From a virus: 64,000 nt of DNA. The stretch lies in the IMG/VR virus record IMGVR_UViG_3300021401_000004, positions 1 to 64,000 of that record; one strand, 5' to 3'. Each line of letters starts with the position of its first letter. Positions within the stretch are counted from its first letter, which is position 1. A program made the translations under genes and the position numbers. Under the pieces are notes generated by a model. That model did no database searches. It was not told the origin of the DNA and saw only the letters and a program-made list of their open reading frames with translations. Of the stretch, positions 20,739-31,056 are shown one piece after another.

Positions 20739-21381
20739 CCCGATTCAGTCCCTACTTCCGAAAGACCCGACTAGCACGCCTATCGGCACCGAACTTAATG
20801 AACGGGCGAAGATGCAGCAGTCGGCGGTCGATGCCTTGAAGCCTACGGGCGCTCCAGCCCCTAAAGGCACGGCGATGAAGCCCGTAAACAGCCCGATGGA
20901 CAAAACCAAGTCTCAAGGTCCGTATGGCTCGGGCAAGGGCGAGAAGCGGATCGATGTCAAGGATATGGTAAAGCCCTTGGGACAGATGCACGACGGGGGC
21001 ACCGTACCCAAGACTGGCCCGTACATTATGAAGAAGGGCGAGCGGGTGCTGACTTCGGACGATCATGCCAAGCTGAAGAACGCGATGGGATTAGCCCACA
21101 GTGTTTTGGCCCACGCCCCCGATGCGGAAGTACAAGCGCCCCCGATGCCACAGCACTTGCGGGAGATGCACATTAAAGAACTTCACACGGGCGGGTTCCA
21201 CGTTACGAAACACGACGGCAAGGGCGGGATGACCGAGCACGGCGCTCCGCATAACGACGCAGTTGTCGGACATTTCATGGATCACATGGCTCACCCGGAC
21301 GAAGACGAAGAAGCTGTTGAAGCGGGCGACCACGATATGCACGCCGCTGATGCCGAGTCGCAAGCTTTGGGAGGCAAGTAG
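20728..21381 (+). CDS. Hypothetical His-rich protein
   Basis: 217-aa coupled ORF; MHDGG..GERVL segment. Confidence 0.65.
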   Translation: MASNPIQSLLPKDPTSTPIGTELNERAKMQQSAVDALKPTGAPAPKGTAMKPVNSPMDKTKSQGPYGSGKGEKRIDVKDMVKPLGQMHDGGTVPKTGPYIMKKGERVLTSDDHAKLKNAMGLAHSVLAHAPDAEVQAPPMPQHLREMHIKELHTGGFHVTKHDGKGGMTEHGAPHNDAVVGHFMDHMAHPDEDEEAVEAGDHDMHAADAESQALGGK

Positions 21382-21575
21382 TGGCGAAAGCTCACAACCC
21401 CTCACTGTACCGGGCCCTTCACAAAATGAACAAGGGTGGACTTCATCGGGCGCTAGGCGTGCCCGAGGGAGAGAAGATTCCCTCCGAGAAACTCGAAGCT
21501 GCCCGAAATTCTAAGTCAGGCCATATTCGCAGAATGGCCGCTTTCGCTCACACGATGGCGGGCTGGAAACACTAA
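21381..21575 (+). CDS. Small basic phage protein
   Basis: GGLHRALGVPEGEKIP; coupled start. Confidence 0.65.
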   Translation: MAKAHNPSLYRALHKMNKGGLHRALGVPEGEKIPSEKLEAARNSKSGHIRRMAAFAHTMAGWKH

Positions 21576-21589
21576 TTCAAGGAGAAGTC

Positions 21590-21763
21590 ATGCATTACGT
21601 TATTGGAGCAGTTGTTGGATTCATCGTCGGCGTATTTACGCCCGGCGTAACCAAGTCGATCGAGGCCGCTTTCAGCGCGGACGCCAAGAAGGGCGTTTCG
21701 CTGGTTGAGGGCGAGGTAAAAGCTGCTGCCAAAGACATTCAAGCCGAAGCGAAGAAGCTGTAA
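21590..21763 (+). CDS. Small membrane protein
   Basis: AAGGAG RBS; MHYVIGAVVGFIVGVF; below the ORF-track size. Confidence 0.6.
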   Translation: MHYVIGAVVGFIVGVFTPGVTKSIEAAFSADAKKGVSLVEGEVKAAAKDIQAEAKKL

Positions 21764-22009
21764 TTAGGCTTTCGTGCTGCACGGAAATTAGTCTATTGTA
21801 TGGAAAACGAACTGGAGAACGCATGAAAATTCAGACGGGCGATATGCTGATTCAAGACATGGGGCTGAAACTCGGCGAGATATTTCAAATCGGCGACGGC
21901 CCGAACGCCTTTCTGATGCGTTATGAAGGCCATGACGGGCCGCGCGGCCCGTGCGACTGTGATTCACTGACTCACGGTAAATGGGATAGATTGACGCCCG
22001 TAAAGACTC

Positions 22010-23866
22010 ATGCAAGCTCTGACCGATAAGCAGAAAGACGATCTAGCCCTTTACTGGACTAAATATCGGTATCAGGTTCAGGCAGAGTACGGGCACGACC
22101 TGATTAAGGACGGTCTTGCGCTGCGGCATCGGTGCCAGACGGACGGGTACTGGCTTGCCCGAGAAATCCTCGGGTATCGGCAGTTTGCAGACTGCCACCG
22201 GGAACTGTTTTCCACGCCCGAAAAAGAAGGCTTCTTCGTACTCAAAGACCCTTCGGCCAAGAGTTTCAAGGCCTTCGCTGAATCCGACAAAGGTCTTCAC
22301 GACCGTTTGTTGTTCCTTCCCCGAGGCGGATTCAAATCTACCGCCGACATTGTTGATTGCATTCAGTGGGTGCTGTGCTGGCCCTCGATACGTATTAACA
22401 TTATGACGGGAACGGTTTCGCTCGCTGAAGAATTTACGGGCGTGATTAAAGGGCACTTCACACTGGAGTCCATCGAAGACAAAGACCAGAAGAAGGCGTG
22501 GGAAGGCCCGTACGAGATTGGTAATCCGAAAGTATTCGATGCGGACCACGAATTTGCGGGCAAGCTACGGCTGATCCAAATCCTTTTTCCAGAGCATTGC
22601 GAGTCGAAGCCTGGAGAACAGCCTGAATGGATAACGCCCGCACGGAAGTCCAAGGATATTGCTGGACCCACGATTCGCGCTACGTCGCTCGGAAAGAACA
22701 CTACTGGTACTCACACCGATCTGCTCAAGATCGATGACGGCACGACCGCCGAGAACACGCAGAACAAAGATCGAATCGCGAGCATCAACCGTGAAATTGC
22801 GATGGCCCGTAAACTTTGCGAGCCGTACGGATACAAGGACAGAATCGGCACTCCGTATCACCAAGACGATAACTTAACGGCTACGGTCAAGGACGAAGAA
22901 AAACGGGCTAGGAATGGGCAGCCCGCAATGGTCAAGGTCTTGGCGCATCCGGCGGGCATCATCAAGCCGGAGTTCGAAGATAGAACGCCCGACTTGCTCG
23001 AAGACCACATGATTACTCTGTGGTTCCCCGAGCGGTTAACATTGTCCGTCCTGAAAACGGAATACGCGGAAGCCAACAAAACAGGCGATACCGCAACGTA
23101 CTACAGTCAGTTCTTTCTTGACCTGAACAAATCGTTCGAGACTAAGTTCAGGCGCGAATTGATGGTCGCCCGAACAGTTGATACGCTCCCCCAGCAAGGA
23201 ATAACCTTCGAAGCCTGGGACTTGGCGTACAGCGAGCAAAAAGGTGCGAAGTATACTGTGGGAATCGCGGGGCTATTCACGTCGTCCGGGATTTACATCA
23301 TCGACATGGTTCGCGGGCGATTCGGGGAATACGAACTCCCCGGAGTTATGGCGAGCTTCGCGCACAAGTGGAAACCACGCCGCGTGGCTGTCGAAGATTC
23401 GATGGGTGCCCGATGGTTAAGCTCGGAAATCCGCCGCGAGATGGAGCGTTTCAGAATCATCGTTCCGTTTGAATTCGTATCGCTCGGAAAAGGATCGAAG
23501 GCCAACAGCAAGGAAGTCAAGGCGAAGCCCGCGTGCCGCTTGCTTGGTGACGGGCGATTGTACTTCTGGAAAGCAATGGCGGGCCTCGAAGAACTATACA
23601 ACGAGCTTGAGGCGTTTCCCAAGGGGACGTTTACGGACATTGTTTGCAGTCTGAGTTTGCTCGTCAATCACTTTCAGAACTTTGCGGAGACGCAGCCGAT
23701 GTTGCCCGTAAATGTTACGGACAGAGTTGAAAGACTTCGCCGGGATTTAATTTACGGGCTAGGCCCGTTCGCAAAGCAAGTTGAAGATGGCGGGCAGTTG
23801 GCGTTGCAGGGCGGGATTCCGCAAGTTCCAGATCGGGACCCTATCGCCGAAGCAGGACTTTATTAA
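22010..23866 (+). CDS. terL: Terminase large subunit
   Basis: PRGGFKST Walker A; TGTHTDLLKIDD Walker B; IGTPYH; AWDLA and C-terminal Asp nuclease motifs; lies upstream of the portal. Confidence 0.88.
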   Translation: MQALTDKQKDDLALYWTKYRYQVQAEYGHDLIKDGLALRHRCQTDGYWLAREILGYRQFADCHRELFSTPEKEGFFVLKDPSAKSFKAFAESDKGLHDRLLFLPRGGFKSTADIVDCIQWVLCWPSIRINIMTGTVSLAEEFTGVIKGHFTLESIEDKDQKKAWEGPYEIGNPKVFDADHEFAGKLRLIQILFPEHCESKPGEQPEWITPARKSKDIAGPTIRATSLGKNTTGTHTDLLKIDDGTTAENTQNKDRIASINREIAMARKLCEPYGYKDRIGTPYHQDDNLTATVKDEEKRARNGQPAMVKVLAHPAGIIKPEFEDRTPDLLEDHMITLWFPERLTLSVLKTEYAEANKTGDTATYYSQFFLDLNKSFETKFRRELMVARTVDTLPQQGITFEAWDLAYSEQKGAKYTVGIAGLFTSSGIYIIDMVRGRFGEYELPGVMASFAHKWKPRRVAVEDSMGARWLSSEIRREMERFRIIVPFEFVSLGKGSKANSKEVKAKPACRLLGDGRLYFWKAMAGLEELYNELEAFPKGTFTDIVCSLSLLVNHFQNFAETQPMLPVNVTDRVERLRRDLIYGLGPFAKQVEDGGQLALQGGIPQVPDRDPIAEAGLY

Positions 23867-23982
23867 TACGGAAAACGGATTTGTGGTATACTGAAGTGTT
23901 ATACCTTGCGGACTAATTACCCGCAAGCGGGGCGGTGCCAAGATCGCCGCCCCACATTCTATCTTGGAGAGTAGAGAGTAAT

Positions 23983-24639
23983 ATGCTCGGAACTGTATAC
24001 GTTCACGTCTGTAGGATCAACGGTAAATGCTACGTTGGTCAAACCACAAATGTTCAAGCCCGCTGGAAACCCGGTTCGTACGGGTTTTGCCGACGATTCA
24101 AACGAGCAATCGCGAAATACGGTTGGGATAATTTCGACCACATAATCCTTCTTCAGAAAGACGTGGATAAAGAAGAAATGGATTATTGCGAGCAGGTTTG
24201 GATATCTGTTCTGAAAACAACCGATCCCAAGTACGGGTACAACATCACAGCGGGCGGCGGAGGATGTTTAGGTTTTCCGTGCCCCAAATCTGAAGAGACA
24301 AAGAAAAAGATTGGTGACGCAAATCGCGGCAAACCAAAACCTCCTAGAACTGAGGAGCATCTTCGGAACGCAAGCATAGCCAAAAAGAAGTGGTGGGCAA
24401 ATGTTTCGGCAGAACGTAAGAATAAAATTGTAGCCGCCCTGCTCGCCGGAAACGACAATAATCCCCGCGAGATGCGAAAGATGCCTCCGCGATCTGAAGA
24501 GTGGAAAAAGCAGCGTCGAATAACTTCAACGGAACTGATGCGTCGGGTAATACGAAATTCCGACGGAACTATAAAAGGATACATAAGTGAGCTTAATCCC
24601 GGCGCAGGGCAACCCGAACAAGGTATTAGTAGCGAATGA
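23983..24639 (+). CDS. GIY-YIG homing endonuclease
   Basis: TVY..INGKCYVGQT, KYGWDNF, GYNITAGG, SEETKKKI. Confidence 0.85.
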   Translation: MLGTVYVHVCRINGKCYVGQTTNVQARWKPGSYGFCRRFKRAIAKYGWDNFDHIILLQKDVDKEEMDYCEQVWISVLKTTDPKYGYNITAGGGGCLGFPCPKSEETKKKIGDANRGKPKPPRTEEHLRNASIAKKKWWANVSAERKNKIVAALLAGNDNNPREMRKMPPRSEEWKKQRRITSTELMRRVIRNSDGTIKGYISELNPGAGQPEQGISSE

Positions 24640-26683
24640 CTTCACTTCGCAGGGGGAACTGCGAACCGCCGAGGATACTACCGCGTTAGTTGTTGGCTGT
24701 GCAGTAATTGACGAAGCGTTTATACAAAGCAAACAATGGGCGCTCATGTGGAGGGATTCTGACCTTCTCTTTCAAGCTCCGCGTCCTCTGCAAGTCTTTG
24801 AAAACACGTACGTTATGGAGCCGAACGTACAAAGATTCACTGTTGCAAAAGTAGTTAATAGCGTAGTTCCCCAGCTTTTTAAGGGGTTATTTTTTGAAGA
24901 TCCCCCTATGGTGCTGCGCCCCCGTCCCGGAACTTCGCAGAAAACGACGGACGAAAAGACCACAGTGATGTCCGTGCTCCTCGATGCCTGCCAGTTCAAG
25001 CGCGAGATTAAATGGGGGCTTGAACAACTTTCTTTTCTAGGCACGGGCATTTGGAAATGGGGCATCAAGCGCGTCGAAAAGAAAATTCCTCGGCGTATTG
25101 TTAACACCGCTAAGACTGCGGATTCCGCAGGCGGCTCGGAAACTATTCACTCCGACGCCCCTCCGCAAATTGAATACGATACCAAGGTCTGTTACGAGCC
25201 GTTCTTTGAGTCTCGCCCGCTGGCGAGCGTGTTGATCGATGCGACCCTAGAAGTAGGCGACATCCGCGAGGCAAAGCACGTTATTGACCGCCGCTTCATG
25301 GATTTCTATGCCCTGAAAGACTTGAAAGACACGAACGTCGATCAGAACGGGAAACCGCTGAAGGGATGGACTTGGGGCGCATATTGGTCCGACGAAAAAC
25401 TGAAAGAACTCTGGGCCCCGCCGATGGAAGCGTCGATGACTCCGAGCACGCTCCGGACGGATCAGACAAACACCACAGTTGGTGTTGTTCACCACGCGCA
25501 AGAGAAGACGATTATTTCGAGCAACGACCCGCTGGCGCAAGAGCTTGAAGTTCTGGAGTACGTTGACAAGAAGCGGAAAATCATCGTCGTCAACCGCAAG
25601 ATCACAATTTACAGTGCGGAAAACGAATTCAAGAAGATCAATTACTTGTCTGCCAACTGGTGGAACCGTCCTCGGGCGTTCTACGGAATGGGTATCGGGC
25701 TAACTGTCGGGCAGAACCAGCGCGTTGACCAGGGCACGATCAACTCGATTCTCAAGATTCTGAGTTTCGGCGTTAACCCGGTGTATCTGCGAGCGAGGGA
25801 TTCTAATAGCCCGACGCAGATGATCCGCACGAGTATCGGGAAAATTATCTCGGTGGACGGTGAAGTTGAGAAAGCCTACAAGCTCCTCGAACAGCCGAAG
25901 GTGCCCGCAGAAACGTGGGCCGCATTACAAAATTCTGAGGCCAATACCGAAAGCACGACGGGCGCTGACCAAGCTCTGGTGCAGGGTTCTTCTGCTGGCC
26001 CTCGTAACGGGATGGGGCGCTCGGCTACGGGCGCTAATAATCTCGCTCAGGCGTCGGCCACGAGATTAGACGGGCCTCTGGACGGGCTGATTGATCAGGT
26101 ATTCGAGCCTTGGTTGTACATCCTCGACGAACTGATCTACACGTACTTGTCCGACAAGGAAATCGTTGACATTCTCGGAGATGAACTCGGGCAGGATTAC
26201 AAGCAGCAAGTTAACATGAAAGAGTACCACGAAGGTAAGGTAACCTTCGAGGTCCTCGCGGGCGCTAGCTTGTCAGCAAAAAAGACTATGGCGCAGAGCC
26301 TAGTCCTGCTCGAACAGTTCTTGGCGAATCCGCAGTTCCTGGAATTCTTGGCTGACCAAGGTTACTACGTTGACCAGTTGACGCTGCTCGATATGGTTAT
26401 GATGGCGAGCGACTGGAAAGATCGCCGCGACTTGATTAAGCCCTTGACTCCTAAGATGGAAGCCCGTAGACAACAGAAACTTCAGCAGCAACAGCAAGGC
26501 CCGATGCAATCACAAATGGCTTTGAATCAACAGAAAGCCGAACTGAAATCTCAGCAGGCCGATGAAGATACTCAGGGGCGTATCAAACGCGACCTTGTAA
26601 GATACGCTGTGGAAGCCAGCGCCCGAAACGAAGAGACTGAGGGCAGTCCATCGAATCAAGGTTTCGGTGATACAATAGGGTAA
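24587..26683 (+). CDS. Portal protein
   Basis: 698 aa after terL; GTGIWK, FYGMGI, RSATGA and Q-rich tail typical of P22/N4-like portals. Confidence 0.8.
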   Translation: MSLIPAQGNPNKVLVANDFTSQGELRTAEDTTALVVGCAVIDEAFIQSKQWALMWRDSDLLFQAPRPLQVFENTYVMEPNVQRFTVAKVVNSVVPQLFKGLFFEDPPMVLRPRPGTSQKTTDEKTTVMSVLLDACQFKREIKWGLEQLSFLGTGIWKWGIKRVEKKIPRRIVNTAKTADSAGGSETIHSDAPPQIEYDTKVCYEPFFESRPLASVLIDATLEVGDIREAKHVIDRRFMDFYALKDLKDTNVDQNGKPLKGWTWGAYWSDEKLKELWAPPMEASMTPSTLRTDQTNTTVGVVHHAQEKTIISSNDPLAQELEVLEYVDKKRKIIVVNRKITIYSAENEFKKINYLSANWWNRPRAFYGMGIGLTVGQNQRVDQGTINSILKILSFGVNPVYLRARDSNSPTQMIRTSIGKIISVDGEVEKAYKLLEQPKVPAETWAALQNSEANTESTTGADQALVQGSSAGPRNGMGRSATGANNLAQASATRLDGPLDGLIDQVFEPWLYILDELIYTYLSDKEIVDILGDELGQDYKQQVNMKEYHEGKVTFEVLAGASLSAKKTMAQSLVLLEQFLANPQFLEFLADQGYYVDQLTLLDMVMMASDWKDRRDLIKPLTPKMEARRQQKLQQQQQGPMQSQMALNQQKAELKSQQADEDTQGRIKRDLVRYAVEASARNEETEGSPSNQGFGDTIG

Positions 26684-26685
26684 GA

Positions 26686-27465
26686 ATGTATTCCATATAC
26701 TTAATAACCAACTCGATTAACGAGAAGAAGTATGTGGGAAAGACTTCCCTATCCGCTCCAGATCGCTGGAAACAGCATCTAAATGATACTCAAAAAGGAC
26801 GCAACGGGCGGATCGGGCGGGCTATCCGTAAATACGGAAAGGATTCGTTTCAGATTATCACTATCGACAATGCGTCCAACAACGAGCGGGCCTGTGAATT
26901 CGAAAAATATTACATCGCCTTGTACGAGACGCACAAGAAAAGCATAGGGTATAACCTGACGATGGGCGGGGATGGCGGGACTTTCACGGAAGAGGGCAGA
27001 AAGAAATTAAGTGAAAAGTCTAAGAAGATGTGGGCGGAAAATTACGATTACATGCGGTCTGTAATGCCTTCTTTTGCGGGGCATAAACATAGCCCGGAAA
27101 CCATAGAAAAACTTCGTCAACTTTCCCTCGGAAAGTTCGAGGGCGACAGAAATCCTTTTTATGGACAAACGCACGCCGAAGCGACCCGCGTTTTGATGTC
27201 CGAACTCAAGAAAGAATCCTACATCGGCGAAGGCAATCCGTTTTTCGGAAAAACCCATACAGAAGAAGCTAAGGATAAATCTCGGGCATGGCATAAAGCT
27301 GTGGGTTGGCGCGGGGAAAGAAGTCCCGTTTTCAGAACCGATTTACCGAACGAAAAGATTAAGGAATTGTACCTCGTCTGCCGCAATAGCTCTGAAGTCG
27401 CTCGTCAACTAGGGGTATCACAGGGTACAATCTACAACCGCCTTCGGCGAATGGAGCTAGTTTAA
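26686..27465 (+). CDS. GIY-YIG homing endonuclease with NUMOD3 and HTH
   Basis: SIYLITN..KKYVGKT, GYNLTMGG, NPFYG/NPFFGKTH, C-terminal HTH. Confidence 0.9.
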   Translation: MYSIYLITNSINEKKYVGKTSLSAPDRWKQHLNDTQKGRNGRIGRAIRKYGKDSFQIITIDNASNNERACEFEKYYIALYETHKKSIGYNLTMGGDGGTFTEEGRKKLSEKSKKMWAENYDYMRSVMPSFAGHKHSPETIEKLRQLSLGKFEGDRNPFYGQTHAEATRVLMSELKKESYIGEGNPFFGKTHTEEAKDKSRAWHKAVGWRGERSPVFRTDLPNEKIKELYLVCRNSSEVARQLGVSQGTIYNRLRRMELV

Positions 27466-28305
27466 ATGGCCGGAGAAATGAAAGGACAAGATGGTACGCG
27501 GGCCTCGGGATTTGTCCGCGCCTCGGAAAATCCCCAGCCTAGAAATTGCGGAAACTGCGTGTGGTATAAGGATGACGAATCGTGCGGCAACCAATTGGTC
27601 GTGCTTGACCCGGAAGTTCCAAAGAATGCCGACGGGCGGGCTAAAGTAGACGCAGATGACTGCTCCAACGGATACCAAAGCCGAAAGTCAGCGATCATCT
27701 ACGCGGTTCGCCACGGTGAGACGAACGGGAACAAAGACAAGCTATTTCGAGGGTGGATCGAAGTTCCCCTGAATGCTACGGGCAAGAAAGAGGCGCAACT
27801 CGCCCGCGAATACTTGTCCGATAAAGGTATCAAACGGGTATTCTGTTCTGATCTCGGGCGAGCACAAGAAACGGCGAAACTTGTACTACCGAGTGTCAAA
27901 GCTGAGAAAGACCCGACGCTTCGCCCGTGGGACGTAGGAATGTTTTCGGGCAAGTCGCGAGAGGATACGCAGGAAGCTTTCAATCACTACATCGACAACC
28001 CTGACGAACCGATTCCAGATGGCGAAAGCCTGTGGGAATTCGCGAAGCGTCAGACGAAAGCAATCAAACGATATATCAAGGAAGGTCAGGAAGACGGCCC
28101 GATCTTGCTCGTATTTCACAGTTCGAATTGCATCCAGCTAGAAAAGCAAGTCGAGGGCAAGGATGAACTCGGGCGACCAGAAGACACCGACCGCGTATTG
28201 CCCGGAGGAATTATGTGCATCCTTGATGAAGGCGAGCACGGCGGCCTAAAAGCAGAAGTTGTGTTTGGAGAAGCCAAAGAGCAGCCCGCCAACTACGGTT
28301 CGTAA
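27466..28305 (+). CDS. Histidine phosphatase with N-terminal 4-Cys domain
   Basis: RHGET, SDLGRAQET, GES, LVFH; CGNC...C...C at the N-terminus. Confidence 0.85.
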   Translation: MAGEMKGQDGTRASGFVRASENPQPRNCGNCVWYKDDESCGNQLVVLDPEVPKNADGRAKVDADDCSNGYQSRKSAIIYAVRHGETNGNKDKLFRGWIEVPLNATGKKEAQLAREYLSDKGIKRVFCSDLGRAQETAKLVLPSVKAEKDPTLRPWDVGMFSGKSREDTQEAFNHYIDNPDEPIPDGESLWEFAKRQTKAIKRYIKEGQEDGPILLVFHSSNCIQLEKQVEGKDELGRPEDTDRVLPGGIMCILDEGEHGGLKAEVVFGEAKEQPANYGS

Positions 28306-28365
28306 CGAAACCCCCTAAATAAAGGGGTTTTGTGCAAGAAAATACGGAAAACGGATAAGACACTA

Positions 28366-28683
28366 ATGAACGCAGCTAGCTATCGCCCGTCAGATACCGA
28401 AGTCCAGCAATTGATGTCCGCAGTTCAGATGCCCGGATTCGAAGTCCTGAAACGAATCCAACTCGGGGAGATCGACCAGTTCCAATTGGACTTGATGCAA
28501 GTGGACCCGACAGACAAGGATTACGAATCCCAGGTTCGGGCGAAGCACAACTTGGCCTTGGCCGCGGGCATGTTCTATCAGCGGGTGACCAACAAGGTAG
28601 CGGGCTACATTCAAGACTTCACGACTAAACGGGACCAGCCCAATGTATTGCCCGATCCGACCCAGGAACTTCTGAATTATTAA
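28366..28683 (+). CDS. Hypothetical head-module protein
   Basis: Helical ORF between portal and scaffold; start uncertain. Confidence 0.55.
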   Translation: MNAASYRPSDTEVQQLMSAVQMPGFEVLKRIQLGEIDQFQLDLMQVDPTDKDYESQVRAKHNLALAAGMFYQRVTNKVAGYIQDFTTKRDQPNVLPDPTQELLNY

Positions 28684-28884
28684 CATGAGCTACGAACCTG
28701 GAATTCAACAAAGCCCGTGTGGTTGCGATCATAAGTCTCACAACGGAATTTGCGGGCGACTTACGGATACAACATGTGCCAACCCGATGCCTTTCTGCAA
28801 GCCGTGCATGACTAAACACCCGAAACAAGCCCGATACAAATCTAAGATCACAACGACCCTAAAAGATAACTCTAAAGAGGAATT

Positions 28885-29751
28885 ATGACCGAAACGATTG
28901 CCCCCCAAGAACCTGTAGTCCCTAAAGAACATCGTTATGAATACCAACCCCAGGAAAACGGGGTCGCACTCGGTGGAAAGCAAGTAATTATTTATGACGG
29001 CACGCCCGAAGATTTAGGGGCGAAGATGGCCGCACAGAATTCCGAGCTTATTAAGCTCAACCGCCGCCTCAATAAAGACCTTCGGCTATCGAGTTCCACG
29101 GTTGACCGGATTCCGGACAATATCTCGCGCTTTGATGAATCGAAGTACGATCTGAAGCCCGAACCTTTGACCGCTGAAGAACGGATTCAGTTGGCGAGCG
29201 ATATCAACGATCCCGAGAAGTTTGATAAGGCCGCCCAGCGGATTGTGCGGGCGCAGATCGGCGATCCAGAGGTCCTGCGGACAAGATTGTCCCGCGTTGA
29301 ACAGCGCCTTGACCGAGCAACCGTCCAAGAAGAAGCGATTGCGTTTAAGAACGCGACGCCCGAATATTACCCGTGTGCGGGAAATCTCCAGACACTCGCC
29401 GCATGGATGCAGAAGAATAACCTTGATCCGGTTAAGGAAAACTTCCAGTTTGCTTTCGAGCAACTGAAAGAATACATGACTCCGAAGCCCGAGCCCGTTG
29501 TACAGAAAACGGAGCCGGAACCGACCCCTCAGCCCGCGCCACAGCCTGCACCGAGGCCCGTGAGTTCGGGATTGACTCGCTCGAATGGTTCCGATAGTGG
29601 GCCCGCGCCGAACATCGGGATCACCCGCGCCGAGATTGACAAGATGTCGGGTGACGAATACAAAAAGAAGCTGCTCCATGAGCCCGGATTTCGGGCGAAG
29701 GTCGAAGCTCTTGACCAAGCGGAAGTACAGCGTCGGCAGGCGAGGGCGTAG
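28885..29751 (+). CDS. Putative capsid scaffolding protein
   Basis: Charged helical protein with Pro-rich linker and IDKMSGDEYKK C-terminus, upstream of the capsid gene. Confidence 0.7.
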   Translation: MTETIAPQEPVVPKEHRYEYQPQENGVALGGKQVIIYDGTPEDLGAKMAAQNSELIKLNRRLNKDLRLSSSTVDRIPDNISRFDESKYDLKPEPLTAEERIQLASDINDPEKFDKAAQRIVRAQIGDPEVLRTRLSRVEQRLDRATVQEEAIAFKNATPEYYPCAGNLQTLAAWMQKNNLDPVKENFQFAFEQLKEYMTPKPEPVVQKTEPEPTPQPAPQPAPRPVSSGLTRSNGSDSGPAPNIGITRAEIDKMSGDEYKKKLLHEPGFRAKVEALDQAEVQRRQARA

Positions 29752-30165
29752 TTGATCCGGAGATACGAGGATCGCGATTTCGCAGATGTCGCTTGGTTAA
29801 ACCAAGTCTCTTATGCGAAGCCTTGCTCGGATGAAGAACTCCGAGAACGCCTGATGTTGAATCGGGCATGGGTCTACGAAGATAGCCCGATAGTTGTTGG
29901 AGCTTTGATAACTGACGAATATTTCGAGCGAGATTACATCTGGAGCGTCACCGTTGCCCGCAACTGGCAGAAGCGAGGAATCGCAACAGCTTTGATTGCA
30001 CAAGCAGAGAAGAACTTCGGAGAACTTCATTTACACACTGAGCCTTTCTCCGAGGGTGCCCGATTGTACACGAAGCTCGGCTGGAAGCCCGTAAAAACAG
30101 AGTTTGACTACTACGGGCCCGGAGCCGATGCTGTTCTGATGGTGAAAAGAAATGTGGACGTTTAA
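29752..30165 (+). CDS. GNAT (RimI-like) acetyltransferase
   Basis: V..WQKRGIATAL; ARLYTKLGW; YY..DAVLM. Confidence 0.85.
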   Translation: MIRRYEDRDFADVAWLNQVSYAKPCSDEELRERLMLNRAWVYEDSPIVVGALITDEYFERDYIWSVTVARNWQKRGIATALIAQAEKNFGELHLHTEPFSEGARLYTKLGWKPVKTEFDYYGPGADAVLMVKRNVDV

Positions 30166-30550
30166 CATCAAAGCCGGGAAAGTATTCCATAACGGAGAAT
30201 TCTTTTCTACGGGTTGGTCCGGGCATAATGTTCGGGGCGGAGTTCAAGGGCGCAACAATCCCGCGACTCAGGCTATTAAGGATATTGGATCATTGCCCGT
30301 GGGTAAGTATACAGCGGGCACGGCATACGATAGCCCGAAAACAGGGCCCGTGACGATCCCGTTGTCGCCCAAACCGGGAACAGAAATGTACGGGCGCGAC
30401 GGCATGAAGATTCACGGTTGGCAAATCGGAACGGACCCGAATGATCCGTATAATCCGTCGTCTGACGGGTGCATTCAGCAGGGACGCCCGTATCGGGAAG
30501 CGATCAATTCGTCGCCCGATAAAGATTGGGAAGTAGTTTCGGGCGAGTAG
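30152..30550 (+). CDS. Tlde1/DUF2778-like L,D-transpeptidase-fold protein
   Basis: GSLPVGKY, GRDGMKIHG, SDGCI. Confidence 0.7.
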   Translation: MWTFNIKAGKVFHNGEFFSTGWSGHNVRGGVQGRNNPATQAIKDIGSLPVGKYTAGTAYDSPKTGPVTIPLSPKPGTEMYGRDGMKIHGWQIGTDPNDPYNPSSDGCIQQGRPYREAINSSPDKDWEVVSGE

Positions 30551-31056
30551 AGATCACGATTTGTGATCTCAAGTTCATTTTCCGTATAAAACAAAGGAGG
30601 CGCACAATGACAACCTTTAAATAGGAGGTCAAAATGCGTACAGAAGAACAGAAGTTCGCGACCAAGCTCCGTAAGGCGGGGGAGCGGGCAAAACATCGCG
30701 AGAGAGTTTTCAAGAAACATCCGCCATCGGTTCGCTATGCGAAGTCGAAGTTCAAAAAAGGAACTAAGCGTCCTCGCAAGAATCGGAAGCCCGTAACTGT
30801 AAAGTTGGGCGTGCAATAAGAACGCAGTCCTCAAGCCTACTAACAGTGCTGAAATCGAGGTCTATTAAGTCGGGCGGTAGGGCAACTTATCGCCCGCAAA
30901 TTTTGAGTCGAAGGCCGGATTGCCCGAGACTCCCCAATTACGTGAGGGATTCACCTGGAGTTCTCTGACTCCAAGCCCGCAAGCCTATCGGATTATAGGT
31001 TGCCCGCGAGCGTAGTAGAGCAGCTTCGGCTGAACTTGACCTAAACAGGTGAAACT

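Noticed and set aside
22010-26683. Inteins or introns in terminase and portal
   Set aside because: Both ORFs are continuous with normal lengths and no intein motifs; the flanking endonucleases are free-standing.
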